The notes: a model not told the origin generated them from the letters alone. Shown: positions 44,692-58,690, counted from the first letter of the stretch. The stretch: 64,000 bases of DNA from Eledone cirrhosa (GCA_964016885.1 OZ024752.1:23622001-23686000); one strand, 5' to 3'. Program-made: numbers and translations.

Positions 44692-46462
44692 TTAATCATT
44701 CTTCATATTGTTATCTTGGTTTATTTGGTTTGGGTTTAAATTTAAGTTTCTATTATTAATTCTATTTATATTTTGTGCTATGTTCATAGTAGTAGAGTAA
44801 GATAGTTTAATAGTATGTCTGTTAAAAATCGAATGATATCTATGGGATTTAGGAAAACATTTATCTAATGCTTTGAAAAATGGATTTGCTACAGGTGTTT
44901 TAACCCCTATCGAGAATGGGGGAGAGTACCAAATAATATTTCTAGTTCTAGTTCTTTTGTTTGATTTACTATTTATGTTAAATTGATTATTATTATTATT
45001 ATAGTGAATTTTAGGATGATTTTGCATGTTATTGTTTTCTAAGTATTTAATTTTACTCGTGTAGCCAGCTCTATGTAAAGCATCATTGTAATATTCTGCC
45101 ATGTTATCAAAAATATTCTTATTGGCTGAAATGCGTGAAATTCGTTGCTGGACACTATTGACAATAGTAGTTTTTACATTTCTAGGATGGTTAGAATGGA
45201 AGCTTACGTAGTTTAGGTTTTCATTAATCTTATGGAAAGGGTGATATAGACCTGAGCTAAGGTTTAAAGTTACATCTAAGAAGTTAACAGTTTTATTATT
45301 ATTCTCGATTTTTAATTTAAGGTTGTAATTATTGAAAAATGTTATGATAGATTTCTTTTTCCTATTAAGTTCGCTATTGCTATGGTTGTCGACTATAAGT
45401 AACATATCGTCGCGATATAAACCTCCGGCCATCTCTGGCATTTTTCTATGTAGTACATTAAGAATAAATATTCCAACGAGGTCTGTTACTTGAGCTGAGT
45501 CAGATGATCCCATTGTGATGTCGAAATTGTTTTGTCTGTCAGCCCTTGTCCAGAGATGGTTATTAAATTCAATTAGTGTTTTGCGTACGGTTAAAATGAT
45601 ATTTATTTCTTCACTAGATAAGTCCGTATATTTTGAAGCATAAATAAGTGCCTTATTAAGTAAGTTAGGGGTAATTGAAGAGTAGTAATTAGCAATATCC
45701 ATTTGTATACATTTTTTCTTATGTTTTAATTTAATGTCTACAAACCAATCTATTACTTCATTTGTACCGTTCCATGGTTTAAGGTGTGATTTTTGCTTAA
45801 GTACTGGTATAATTCTATCTAGTATGTGTTTTCTAATTATACCTAAATCAGATTTAGATGGTGCAATGAGTCTAACTGGTAGTTCAACTTCAAAGTTTCT
45901 TTTATGGTCTTTTATATTAATCTTCGGTTTCCTAGGTATAAAAGGTTCAGTCTTATTTTGAATGCCTAATTTATAGATAATTTCCAAAGCTTCTTTATTT
46001 AGGGTTGATAGATCTTCATTTGAGGTTTTTATATAGTTTTTCCTAAGTTCATTCAATATCAAATTATTATAAGCCTCCTTTTCTATACCGTATAAGTTAT
46101 TGGTTTTGTCCGATTTTACAAGGATCTTCTTTGTTTTTTCCAGATTGTCTATTTTGTTTTTGAGGTATTCCTGGCCTATAAATTGGTTTTTTAAATTTAA
46201 CGTTCTGTATGATGGAGATTATTTCATTTTCAAATTCGGCTAGTAGTTTGTTGAAAGGTGGATTTTTCCTTGATTTGAAAATAAGATCAAAATTATATTT
46301 GGATTTATTTTTTTCCTTTTCCGATTTCTTATCAAAATGGAAAGCGCGCCATCTAAGTCTCCTTGTGAAAGAATCGGATTTTTCTATAAGTTGTTTTACA
46401 TATTCCTTATTTTTAGGTAGTGGTACATCCTTAAGAGATGAAAATATCTTTAAAAATTCCAT
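44692..46462 (-). pseudogene. PLE reverse transcriptase (two ORFs, frameshift near 46.1 kb; endonuclease absent)
   Basis: SLKDVPLP...RRLRWRAFHF; IKDHK...VRLIAPSKS; MDIANYYSSI; DITMGSSDSAQVTDLVG; GLYRDD; NFLDVT; SNHP; RNIIWYSPPFS. Confidence 0.9.
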
Positions 46463-46674
46463 TATTAATTCTTTACAATCTGTTATAGTTTAAAGTGCTC
46501 TACATTAAAGGAACTATTTATAAGCAAAGAGATATTTAATTTGTTGGTTATTCAACAAATTTATTTATAACAGATTCGAAGCACTCTACAGTTTTCTGGA
46601 GTATAATATCAATGATATTAATAAATGAATACTATATTTATAAAACCATATTTATTTTATTATATATATTTCAA

Positions 46675-46861
46675 AGGGCGGTGGATTGGCAGTATAGGTA
46701 GATAGTCGGACGCCATGGTTTCCAGCATAGTTACGTCCCTTTACGATCTGAGTTCAAATCCCGCCGAGGGTAACTTTGCCTTTCATCCTTACGGGATCGA
46801 TAAAATAAAGTACCAGTAATGTACTGGGGTAATTGCTGTCCTTGTGCCAAAAGTGGAAGCA
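46675..46861 (+). mobile_element. Full-length SINE inserted in the PLE hammerhead, 16-bp TSD
   Basis: TSD ATTATATATATTTCAA at 46659-46674 and 46862-46877; empty site visible at 39249-39264. Confidence 0.93.
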
Positions 46862-47412
46862 ATTATATATATTTCAAGGGTACCAAAATTTTGGTACGCA
46901 CTCATCAGATAAAATACAAAATTTGTTTTATAAATGTTGACATACCCAAGAAACCAGACCTTATCGGTTCAGTTTGGAAAGTGAAAGAAAAATTTCAAAT
47001 CCTTAGGATGAATATGTAAATGAGGTTGAAACGTAAGGCTGAAAAAAGATCGTTATATTTAGACGCTAGGTAAATTTAAATAATTATTAGGATAATTTAT
47101 AAGGATTATTTATCAAAGGAAAAAATGAAAAAAGGAAAAAAAGAGTCTAATATTAATATTAGGGTGTAAGAAAATTTAAGGAATGATTATAAGAAAAATG
47201 ATGAGTGCGTACCAACATTTTGGTGCCCTTGAAATATATATAATAAAATAAATATGGTTTTATAAATATAGTTTCCATTTATTACAGTAGAGCGCTGCGA
47301 ATCTGTTATAAATAAATTTTTTGAATAACCAACAAATTAAATATCTCTTTGCTTATATATATATATACATATACATACTTACACACCTACACACACACAT
47401 ACACACACACAC

Positions 47413-47485
<73 letters not shown>

Positions 47486-47678
47486 TACTTATATATTTGT
47501 TTATATATATTTTCTTGATACAGATACACATACATACACACAAAAACAATATATATATATGTACATATATACAGACACTCATATATACCCATATATACAT
47601 ACATATATATATACACATATATACAAATATATATACATATATATATACATTTTCATATATATATACATATATATATAC

Positions 47679-48455
47679 ATTTTCAATACCCGAATTACTT
47701 GAAAGTTTTTTTTTTTTGGCTATGCGAATGATTCTTTAACCATCGTCTCAGTGTTTGGCCTTTAACGTTTGTTATAGCACTGGTTCATTTGAATCATTGA
47801 GCACTTGCGGCACATCTCGGAGGTTGTTTTTCGTTATTTCGTGGGCCGAAGTGCGAATCTCGATAATTTATGTTTGTATTATTCTTCAGACTCTAGCTAT
47901 TGACCAGTTAATTTTCTTGATTTCTTAGTTGATTCTATTGACTGATGAATAGCTTATGTTAATTTTAACCCTTCTGTTGAGAACTCTATTCGATTTGTGA
48001 TGTTTTTGCATTCTTGCAAAAATATACACAACTGAATTCATTAGCCTAATATAGGGGTTGCCTCCCTTGCCGATCCCCACGTGGAGTCAGCAATAGTCAG
48101 TCCTTGTATTAACATTGAACTAAAACCTGTTGAGAAAGTGGCTTCCTTGTTCAATCATCTTACCAGAAGCCTGACATTATTTATGTAAGCGGACGGTACT
48201 TGATTTAGGAGCCGCAGAAACCCATATACTGGATTTTACCAACCTTCCAGGGGTCCGGGTAAATTTTCAATACCCGAATTACTTCGTTTTTTGGGGCTAT
48301 GCGAATGATTGTTTAACCATCGTCTCAGTGTGTTTGGCCTTTAACGTTTGTTATAGCTCTGGTTTATCTGAATCATTGAGCACTTGCCGCACATCTCGGA
48401 GGTTGTTTTTCGTTATTTCGTGGGCCGAAGTGCGAATCTCGATAATTTATGTTTG
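47679..48455 (-). mobile_element. Second copy of the 600-bp partial-tandem element
   Basis: 47679-47875 repeats at 48263-48455; reverse complement of the 34279-35150 family. Confidence 0.8.
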
Positions 48456-48597
48456 TTCATATATATATACATACATATATGTATATATATATTTATATAC
48501 ACACATATATACATACACACATACATACACACATACACAGATATACACATATACACACATATACACATATATATATATATATACACATATTCACACA

Positions 48598-49670
48598 TAC
48601 ATCATCATCATCATCATCACCGTTTTAAGTCCGTTCTTCCACGCTAGCATGGGTCAGACGGGTTGTCCTGTTGTGGGCAGTGTCCGGTCGGCTGACCATG
48701 CCTTGCTCATACGGGAACTGATTCTGGCTTGATTTCTACCGCTGGATGCCCTTCCTAACACCAACCTCATTTATAGTGAGTGCTGGGTGCTTTTTTCCGT
48801 GGCGCCTACACTTCAACTTTATAGTGTAGGCTGGGTGTTTTTTTGCCTTGGCACCTCCACGACCACTTTGCAGTGGGAGGTTGTGGGGGCATATTGTCTA
48901 TATGCTTCAGCTTCGCCTTGTACCCGTGGGGGGGTCGGGTATTACTGCGTGACGTCAGAGGTCACGGTCGTGTGTCATCGCCTTTGAGATGTGTAATTGG
49001 GTAAGGTCGGCTTTTATCACCTCATCCCAGGTCTTCTTGGGTTTCCCCACTCCGCGGTTTCCATCGACTTCTAGTGCTCTGCACCTTTTTATGCAGCTGC
49101 CATCCTTCATACGCATCACATGCACACAGCATTTGATTCCTCTTATGTTCAGTCTCTCTCTCAATTTATTTATGCTTTGCCGTTCGCGTATTACACATCC
49201 AGCGGAGCATGCAGGCTTCGTTTCTTTCTAATCTACGCAAGTCTTCCACAGACAGCGCCCAGGTCTCACTACCATGTAACATTGCTGTTCGTATACACGC
49301 ATCATACAGTCTGCCTTTCATTTTGAGGGAAAAGCCTTTTGCAGTTAGCAGTGGCAGTAGCTCCCTGAATTTCTTCCATCCCGTTCTTACCCTAGTTATT
49401 GTACTTTCCGAACACCCACCTCCGCTGGTAATTCGGTCAACTAGGTAGCAGAACAGTCTACTGTTTCTACAGAGCCCTCCCAGAGATTGGTGGTACTTGT
49501 TTCCTGTGGCTTTTTGCTGCTTGCTGTCCCAACACGGCTGCTACATGTGAAGCCTACATTCTTAGTTCAGCCTCCTGGGATCCCGCTACATCTCTTGTGT
49601 ATCCATTGTTTGTATTTGGGGCAGAGAATGTAGTTCCTACCTACACCTTTCCTACATACTGAGCAAGGCC
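48598..49670 (-). mobile_element. RTE-like LINE 3' fragment with (GAT)n tail
   Basis: RERLNIRGI...HVMRM...RGVGKPKKTW; Cys-rich CSVCRKGVGRN..C..WIHKRCSG segment near 49580-49665; tail at 48598-48619. Confidence 0.8.
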
Positions 49671-49942
49671 ATATATATATTAATATTAATATTACAAATA
49701 CACACACACATATATACATATATATATATATACACATTCACATGTATATACATCCGCATATATATATATATATATATAGTGAGTTAGAAACTCAGGGTAG
49801 TCTCTTACAATTAAATAGCTCTAAGAAATTAAGTCTGACAAACCATATTGCTGTAGTTAGTACTTTTTTCACCCTAGCAAACTTGGTCCTTACGATTCGA
49901 ACACATGTATGTTTTATATTAGTGTTCATCTCTTGTTTATTC

Positions 49943-50007
<65 letters not shown>

Positions 50008-50009
<2 letters not shown>

Positions 50010-50588
50010 GTATAGAAATTTCGTATTTCGAAAGAAATACGATCTTAGGAAGCCGTAGCTGTACGAACACCGGGGGCTAACGCCCTCTCGTCTATGCATT
50101 TCAGGCTTGACTGGCCATCGTCAGGACGATCCATTCCACTGCTCTGTGACTGCTGGACTTGAAAACACCCGAGAACATATAGTTTTCAAGTCCAGCAAAT
50201 GAAGTCATTAATCTCATTTGCATATGAAGCTTATAATAGAAAAGAAATAGGATTTCGCTTCAAGCATAGCTTTATACAATATGTATAGAAATTTCGTATT
50301 TCGAAAGAAATACGATTTTAGGAAGCCGTATCTATGCGAACACCGGAGGTCTAACGCCCTCTGGTGATGTCCAGCAGTCCAGCAGTCGCAGAGCAGTGAA
50401 AGGGATCGTCCTGACGATGGCCAGTCAAGCCTGAAATACATAAACGGTTGTCCCTCTTGCTTCTGCTGGACAACACCAGAGGGCGTTAGCATAGCTACGG
50501 CTTCCTAAAATCGTATTTCTTTCGAAATACGAAATTTTTATACATATTGTATAAAGCTATGCTTGAAGCGAAATCCTATTTCTTTTAT
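50008..50588. repeat. Complex fold-back cassette (direct and nested inverted repeats) with two hammerheads
   Basis: 50008-50088 repeats at 50281-50362. 50089-50160 is inverted at 50378-50446. 50240-50376 is inverted at about 50463-50587. Hairpin at 50151-50197. Confidence 0.88.
50089..50128 (-). ncRNA. Minimal type-I hammerhead ribozyme (second copy 50407-50446, plus strand)
   Basis: CGTC-CTGACGA-T-GGC(CAGTCAA)GCC-T-GAAA-TGCA-TA-GACG; palindromic ATGCAT. Confidence 0.85.
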
Positions 50589-50726
50589 ATATATGTATAT
50601 ATATATATTTATATATATATATATTAAAGAGTTAAACAAGATTCAATGAGTACATCAAGGAATGAGTTTTACAATAGATTGGAAGCACTCTACAGTTAAA
50701 ATATTTTCCAGAGTTATTAATATTAA

Positions 50727-51246
50727 TTCAAATATTAACAAAAATAGATATTCTTGTGATCAATTAAATTTTATTATACATATTTCAGAGGTACTGAATT
50801 AAGTTCAACAGTACGTCCTCATCAGATAAAATAAAATGATATATGACAAATCCTGACATTGTAGATGGTTAAGATTTAATCAAGATAGTGAGAAAACTCA
50901 ATATTTATACCCTAATATTGAGAACATGAGAAAACGTAATAGAATCAATAGAGAGAGTGTGTGAGTAATATATTTTAAGAAATACATTGCCTTAATGCAA
51001 CAAACTCTCTCTATTGATTCTATTACGTTTTCTCATGTTCTCAATATTAGGGTATAAATATTGAGTTTTCTCATATGTTAATCACTACCTTGATTAAATC
51101 TTAACCATCTACAATGTCAGGATTTGTCATATATCATTTTATTTTATCTGATGAGGACGTACTGTTGAACTTAATTCAGTACCTCTGAAATATGTATAAT
51201 AAAATTTAATTGATCACAAGAATATCTATTTTTGTTAATATTTGAA
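50727..51246. repeat. Fold-back of PLE family D pLTR (about 235-bp arms, 45-nt spacer) with a hammerhead in each arm
   Basis: Arms 50727-50958 and 51004-51246. Ribozymes at 50768-50832(-) and 51141-51205(+): ATTTTAT-CTGATGA-GGACGTACTG...CAGTACCTCT-GAAA-TATGTA-TA-ATAAAAT. Confidence 0.9.
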
Positions 51247-51274
51247 ATAATAATATATATATATATAATAATAA

Positions 51275-51645
51275 TTGTTTCTATTTTTGGCTCAAGGCCA
51301 GCAATTACCTAGTGTATTACTGGTACTTTATTTTATCGACCCCGTAAGGATGAAAAGCAAAGTTGCCCTTGGCGGGATTTGAACTCAGAATGGAAAGGGC
51401 CGTAACTCTATGCGTCAAAGCATGGCGTCTGACCCTCTAACGATACTGCATATATATAATAATTGTTTCTACTTTAGGCACAAGGCCAGCAATTACCCAG
51501 TGCATTACTGGTACTTTATTTTATCGACCCCGTAAGGATGAAAGGCAAAGTCAACCTCGGCGGCATTTGAACTCAGATCGTAAAGGGACGTAATTATGCT
51601 GGAAAGCATGGCGTCCGACCCTCTACCGATACTGCCAATACACCA
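51275..51645 (-). mobile_element. Two tandem SINE copies (51275-51449 and 51463-51645)
   Basis: Same family as 11576-11760. Confidence 0.88.
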
Positions 51646-51910
51646 ATGAAATACACACAAATTCATATGTATATGTGTGTGTGTGTGGTACCCGCTTAAC
51701 AAGTGTTGCTCGATGACCGAGAGAGTTATAATAACTAAAACAATTAAACCATCTCCATAATCAGAGCTATTTGTCAAATTACAAAATATGAGGAAATAAT
51801 AGACAAAAATATACCTAGTTTTTCTTCAAAGTCTCGGTCATCGAGCAACAATTGTTAAGACGGACACCACACACACACACATACATATGAATATGTGTGC
51901 GTATTTCATT
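51645..51910. repeat. Imperfect inverted repeat (about 78-bp arms)
   Basis: 51645-51722 pairs with 51832-51910. Confidence 0.75.
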
Positions 51911-52387
51911 ATTATATTGTCCCAAACTCCCCTATGGTCGAGTTAACCACGAGTGTGTTAACTGCGTTTTCTAGCAAATACGTTATTCACTCACTGTCCA
52001 CCTTACTACCCTTCTGTGACCACTGTATCATGTGTTTATCTCTCTCCTCGCCTCCCGAGAAATTCTCACTTGCTACAAAAGAAACAATCCTTTTTTTACC
52101 ATTATATCACGTGTTAATCTCTCCCTCCGCCCCTGAGACTTTCTCACTTGCTATAAACGCGTCAGGACACGGTCCATTTTTCTGAGAGGTTTCTTAATAA
52201 GCCGTATCAACCTCACAGCGATGATGCACTTTTAAAGCGCAGAAATCGGTGCACACGGATCGGCGAAATTGCAGTCGGGACTTTGAAGAAAAAATAGGTA
52301 TATTTTTGTCTATTATTTCCTATTTTGTAATTTGATATATATATATATATATATGTGTACCTAAGTATATATGTATGTATGTGTGTG

Positions 52388-52418
<31 letters not shown>

Positions 52419-52474
52419 ATATGCGTGTATATGTATATATATATATATGTGTGTGCGTGTGTGTGTGCATGTGT

Positions 52475-52560
<86 letters not shown>

Positions 52561-52809
52561 TGGTCGTTTTGGAAGCCTCAACAATGCAGATGGGTAAATC
52601 GCCAGGTAACAGAATCAGGTGGTAAAGAGAGAGATGTAAGAGGAATTGTAGAATGAGAGGTGTGTGTGTGTGTGTGTGTGTGTGTAAACATATACATATA
52701 CACACATGCACACACACACACTCTGTTGTCTATCGTGTGTGTACAACTATATATATATATGTATGTATGTATAAAAATGTGTGTGAGAGCATATGTATAT
52801 ATGTATGTG

Positions 52810-52841
<32 letters not shown>

Positions 52842-53555
52842 TTACAATAATCAAAGTTCAGTTTAAATCATTTATTTGCTTACAATTGTTTCCTCCAAAC
52901 CGAGGTTTGGATTCTTCGGAGCAACTATTTAGTGATCTATAACATACTTGACCTCCTTTTCAACACAAGAGACATATAAAAACATATGCATATATTGACC
53001 CACAGTGGAATGACATCCATCATAATGATATAGTATGGCAATTTACATATAAAGTTTAAAGAATAAAAATAAAAATAAAAATAAAAATAAAAATAAAAAT
53101 GAAATATTGGCAGTTTATGAAAATAAAGCAAGAGGAAACTTTAGAGTAGTCAGTATATGAAACAATCTCACGTGTAGCATGCACGCGTGTCTTATTTATA
53201 CAGGATTAGAGTGCGGCAGATTGTTACTTGTAGGATCAGACAGTTAAAGCAGGCAATCAATAGTATTATGTAGGCTGTATTGTTAAATCATTTTTTCGCA
53301 TACACCTGTATGATATATAATCCCGATGGTATATATATATATATATATGTATATATATGCGTATATATATATATATATGTATATATATGCGTGTGTGTGT
53401 GTATATGTGTATGTATGTGTATATGTGTATGTATATATATTAGCCGTCGAAACGGCTTGAGCTCAGCCGTCGGGGTTTTACTGGTTCCTATATATATATA
53501 TATATATATACGGGTATAAGAATGTGTTTTTGCGAGTGTGTGGGTGTAAGGGCTT

Positions 53556-53599
<44 letters not shown>

Positions 53600-54095
53600 T
53601 GCTTGTAGACAACTGACCAATGGCATTGTTAGCTTAAGTGAACCTTAAAAATCAGGAGTGGCACCCCAGAGTGAACCTGTGTATAGAATTATTTCTGCCT
53701 TTGTTATTCTAAATATAGTTTTTAAAGAATTCCCTTTTCTTTAAACCCATCAACCAATGACCTCCACCCATCCTAATCACCACCCCCTCTTATCACCAGA
53801 AAAGATATAAATACCACCATATTACTTGGACAGTCAGCTTCCTCATGATTTCTCCCGAATAAAACAGTTCTAATCCTGTAGAAGCTTTTCTCAAGCGTGA
53901 AACTAATACAATATCATTTGTACTGCCTCTCTGTTTTCTGTTCTCTGTTCATTTATTAAACAAGAGTGCTGATTACTGTAGTTGTTACGAAGTAACTTCC
54001 TGATATAAGCAGGTACTAGCAGACAAAGCACTACACGTCAGTAGTTTATCCCATGTAGGGGATATTGGGTGACGGTGTATTCATTTATCAAATAA

Positions 54096-54267
54096 TTGTT
54101 TCTACTTTTGGCACAAGGCCAGTGTATTACTGGTACTTTATTTTATCGACCCCCGTAAGGATTAAAGGCAAAGTTAACCTCGGTGGGATTTGAACTCAGA
54201 CCATAAAGGGACGTAATTGTGCTGCAAAGCATGGCGTCCGACCCTCTACCGATACTGCCAATCCACG
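54096..54267 (-). mobile_element. SINE copy
   Basis: Same family as 11576-11760, small internal deletion. Confidence 0.85.
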
Positions 54268-54447
54268 GTAGTTAAGACAGGGTTAAATAACCATAATTGT
54301 TTATTGCATTATATATATTTCTGCTACATGGTTATTCGTGTGACTTCGTCAGATGCTTCCGCAATCATTGGGTCAGTTATATAATCATTGTGATATGATG
54401 GTGGCCTTGCACCTCATCCAGTGGTGAAGTACTTCGGCATATACATA

Positions 54448-54769
54448 TAGTAAAAGAGCGATGATTTTTAAAATGCCGGTGCAATGCGGTAAAAAAATAC
54501 GAAGGGCAAATGATGACAAATAAAACAAAATGCAAGAGGCATTGTTTGTGTAGCGACTCTGTGCATGCGTATTACAGATAGGTAGGCCAGCGAGAGAAGA
54601 ATACATCAATCGTTCGTTTTATTTTGTTTTCAACTGTTTCAGTTCTGCATTTGAAAATATGTTAAAACACACTGGGTAAAATATTACTCTACTTTTGCTT
54701 GTCATTATTTGCCCTTCGTATTTTTCTACCGCATTGTACCGCCTTTTTAAAATCATCGGTCTTTTACTA
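54448..54769. repeat. Imperfect inverted repeat (about 72-bp arms), possible MITE
   Basis: 54448-54519 pairs with 54699-54769. Confidence 0.7.
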
Positions 54770-54819
54770 CATATCCCACAATGCTTCGTATTAACTACAC
54801 TACCCTCTCTCTCTTTATT

Positions 54820-54897
<78 letters not shown>

Positions 54898-55424
54898 AGG
54901 TGACCCCAAATAATATATACAACTTTATAAAAACATACTAAAGCGAAAACCAAACCGAACAGTGAGTGTATTTTACGATTTTTTGGCAATATTAGGACAT
55001 GTCTAAAGTCTGTCTCGGACTCTGAGGCTCATTATACCGGTGCTTATCCCGGTTTCCGTGGCGTCTTATGAAGTTGTGTGACTTAGTAGCTTGGGTTTTC
55101 GGTTCAAGATTGTAAAGTTGTCATTTCGATTCCCGGCAGCGCATTCTCTCCTTGAGCAGGACACTTTATTTTACGTTGTTTCAGTTCACTCGACTGGAAG
55201 AAATCATTGCGATTAATTACTCAGGGACCCCATCTATATTGAAAAAAGAATCGTTATATTAGTTGATATAGTCCTAGAATATTTAACATGCGTGCATGGC
55301 CCCTTTGCTTCCAAAGGAGTTGTAGGTGTGCAGTATTGATATGCGGCGTCCTTGGGCATATTTTAAAACCAGGCGGAGCCCATCTCCTCTCCTGGTCGTA
55401 ATATAGCAGATTTCTTCCAGAGAA

Positions 55425-55534
55425 GGAGAGAGAGAGATAGAGGGGGGAGACAGAGAGAGAGAGAGTGAGAGAGAGAGGGGGAGACAGATAGAGAGAGAGG
55501 GGGAGACAGAGAGACAGAGGGGGAGACAGAGAGA

Positions 55535-55573
<39 letters not shown>
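55425..55573. repeat. (GA)n array
   Basis: Directly visible. Confidence 0.9.
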
Positions 55574-56468
55574 GAAGCAAGAAAGAGATACAAGAATCGA
55601 CCACAGCACTTGACTGATACGTTTTTTATCAACCTGGAATTGATGAAAGGCAAAGTTGACCTCGGTGGGATATAGCGAATATCAAATAATTATTAGACGA
55701 AAAAGAGACACACATAGCTCAATGACAAATATTTTAATAGTTTCTGCTAATATGGGAGACAACTCTGGATATATTTCGGTCGTATTAGGCCTCTTCGGCA
55801 AACCATGCCCTTCAACCTGTTTGCCGAGCTATCAATTAAAGAGTAATTAAATAAATGTACACTACAATTAAATCGCAGCATGACTCCCTTACTTTTTAAT
55901 AGGTCGTAGGGGTGCCGTGGTGATATCTTTGGCATCTTAAACTTGGCGGACCCCTTTCTCTGTCCAGTTGAGTTTTTTTGTTTTTTTTCGGCGGAGAGAA
56001 TGAGAAAGGAATACAAATGAAGAATTCAGCCCACTACTGGACTGGTACTTTTTATCGACCTCGAAAAGATGAAAGGCAACACTAATTTTGGGTGGAATTT
56101 GAACTCAGATCGTAGAGAGCCGGAACGAATACCGCAAAGTATTCAATCCAACACTTGGAATGACTAACATAGTATCGATTATTGAACTAAGGTTTATTTT
56201 CATCAGTGCATAATTACTTCCAATAATGTTTTTAATGTTCACCGCATTAATTATGCTAACATTGATCTACAATGATTCGTGAGCCAAATCATAACAATTC
56301 AAACCCGTAGTAAAAACCCAAAGTGCTACAACAGATCCATTACACACCAACATATATCAATCTTTGACATCAATAACCCAGGGGCTCCTTTCTTCAAATC
56401 ACAACGCGGAGTCGGACCTCTACACACATCACAAACCTAACAGATATATATATATATGTGTATATATA

Positions 56469-57170
<702 letters not shown>

Positions 57171-57544
57171 AATTTGACTACATTCCCACTGTCCTAATAT
57201 CACTCTAATTAACACCAACACGGTCTACTGTATTCCTTTCCCACGATCCAATTATATACAAAACACATACACACACAAGTCTATGCAATGTATATAAAAC
57301 AAACAATTCCAGAACTTACAAGAATCAAATGGATCTCCATCAGTTTCGACAATGAGTATTCCAGTTATTCAATCAACGGACCAGCCTGCAAGTAATATAA
57401 ACGTATTTTGCATTCCACAGTGTGGAATAAACGAATGAGCATTCAACAGACATGTGTACCCATATTGTAAATCTCGGGGAGATTCAACGTAACACAGTGT
57501 GTAACATAGCTATCACCTTGAATTACAAGTAGAGTCCATCTGAC

Positions 57545-57695
57545 AGGCTTCTAAACAGTTTCCGTCTACCCAATTTTATTCACAAAGCTTGTGTTGATTC
57601 GAGGCTATGTTAAATGACACTTGTTGAAGATTCCACACAGTGGAATCGAACCCGGTACCTAATGATTGTGAAGCGAACTTCTTAACCATATGGCC
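57545..57695 (-). mobile_element. Degenerate tRNA-derived SINE of a second family
   Basis: Minus-strand B box GGGTTCGATTCC near 57642-57653 with upstream TGGTTAAGA. Confidence 0.5.
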
Positions 57696-58113
57696 ATGCT
57701 ATCTCCATATAGTACAACAGGCATCCACCTTCTCACCGACTTCTTTTAATCTACGCCTACACGAAATCGTACGCGTCCTCGAATCAGACACAGGTGTGTT
57801 AATGCTTTTTACTTATTCGCTTTCTCTTCTTGAAAGTAGATATATAGTTTAACAAACGGCGTTTAAGGACACCAGCTATATCGGTATGACTGAGAGCAAT
57901 GTTAACTATGCAGGCTATATCATATAATAAGCAAACAAACCTATACTTTGAACAAAAGAACGGTAATAATGTTTAAATGCCACCACGAGAACGAATTGTA
58001 CGTGGCAAATTACAACAATAGAACTACATTGATTACACGCAATGAAACAGTTTACTACATTCATATTACTATTTGCAAATATAATAATATATACATTCAC
58101 AGACATAGACGAC

Positions 58114-58171
<58 letters not shown>

Positions 58172-58180
58172 CATACATAC

Positions 58181-58254
<74 letters not shown>

Positions 58255-58434
58255 AGGGTGAGTAGTAAAGTCTCTCTCTAATTTTAAACCTTTGTTTCAT
58301 AGATGCCATTTTATTATTGTAAACTAGCAGAGGAACCCGGCGTTGCCCGGTATAACTCTCAATGGAGTAGTCGTTCAAATGAACCAAAAGACTTCCGTTA
58401 AACACGACTATAGAAGTAACAATTTATAGGTGTT

Positions 58435-58690
58435 GGCCCTAAAGAGGACCTTTGAACGTTCACTTTGAAATATCTCTGCGGCGGTGCTGTCAGCAAAGAC
58501 GAATCCGATGGTAACAATTTAAAGTTGGTGGCCCTGAAGAGGACCTTTTAACGTTCACTTTGAAATATCTCAGCGGCGGTGCTGCCAGCAAAGATGAATC
58601 CGATGGTAACAATTTAAAGTTGGTGGCCCTGAAAAGGGCCTTGGATCGTTCACTCTTAAAAGTCCCAGCGGCAGATGTGGTGGCCCTTAA
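58435..58690. repeat. Subterminal 95-bp tandem repeat (about 2.6 units) inside the Helitron
   Basis: GGCCCT anchors at 58435, 58530 and 58625. Confidence 0.85.

Larger units (their letters stand above)
39196..47355 (-). mobile_element. Near-complete Penelope-like element with direct pLTRs and an inverted pLTR, interrupted by Gypsy and SINE
   Basis: pLTRs about 39196-39570 and 46607-47198; inverted piece 47199-47355; RT ORFs 46097-46462 and 44692-46062; hammerheads at 39244-39302(-), 46862-46915(-), 47199-47249(+). Confidence 0.9.

Noticed and set aside
51822-51870. Hammerhead-like TCG(GTCAT)CGA-GCAA-CAATTG-TT
   Set aside because: Both core boxes are too degenerate.
52175-52280. Possible long-loop hammerhead (CTGAGAG...GAAATTGCAGTC)
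   Set aside because: Core is shortened and stem I relies on G-U pairs.
58435-58690. CRISPR-like arrays (also 29348-29447 and 63125-63560)
   Set aside because: Tandem units without unique spacers, no cas genes, eukaryotic context.
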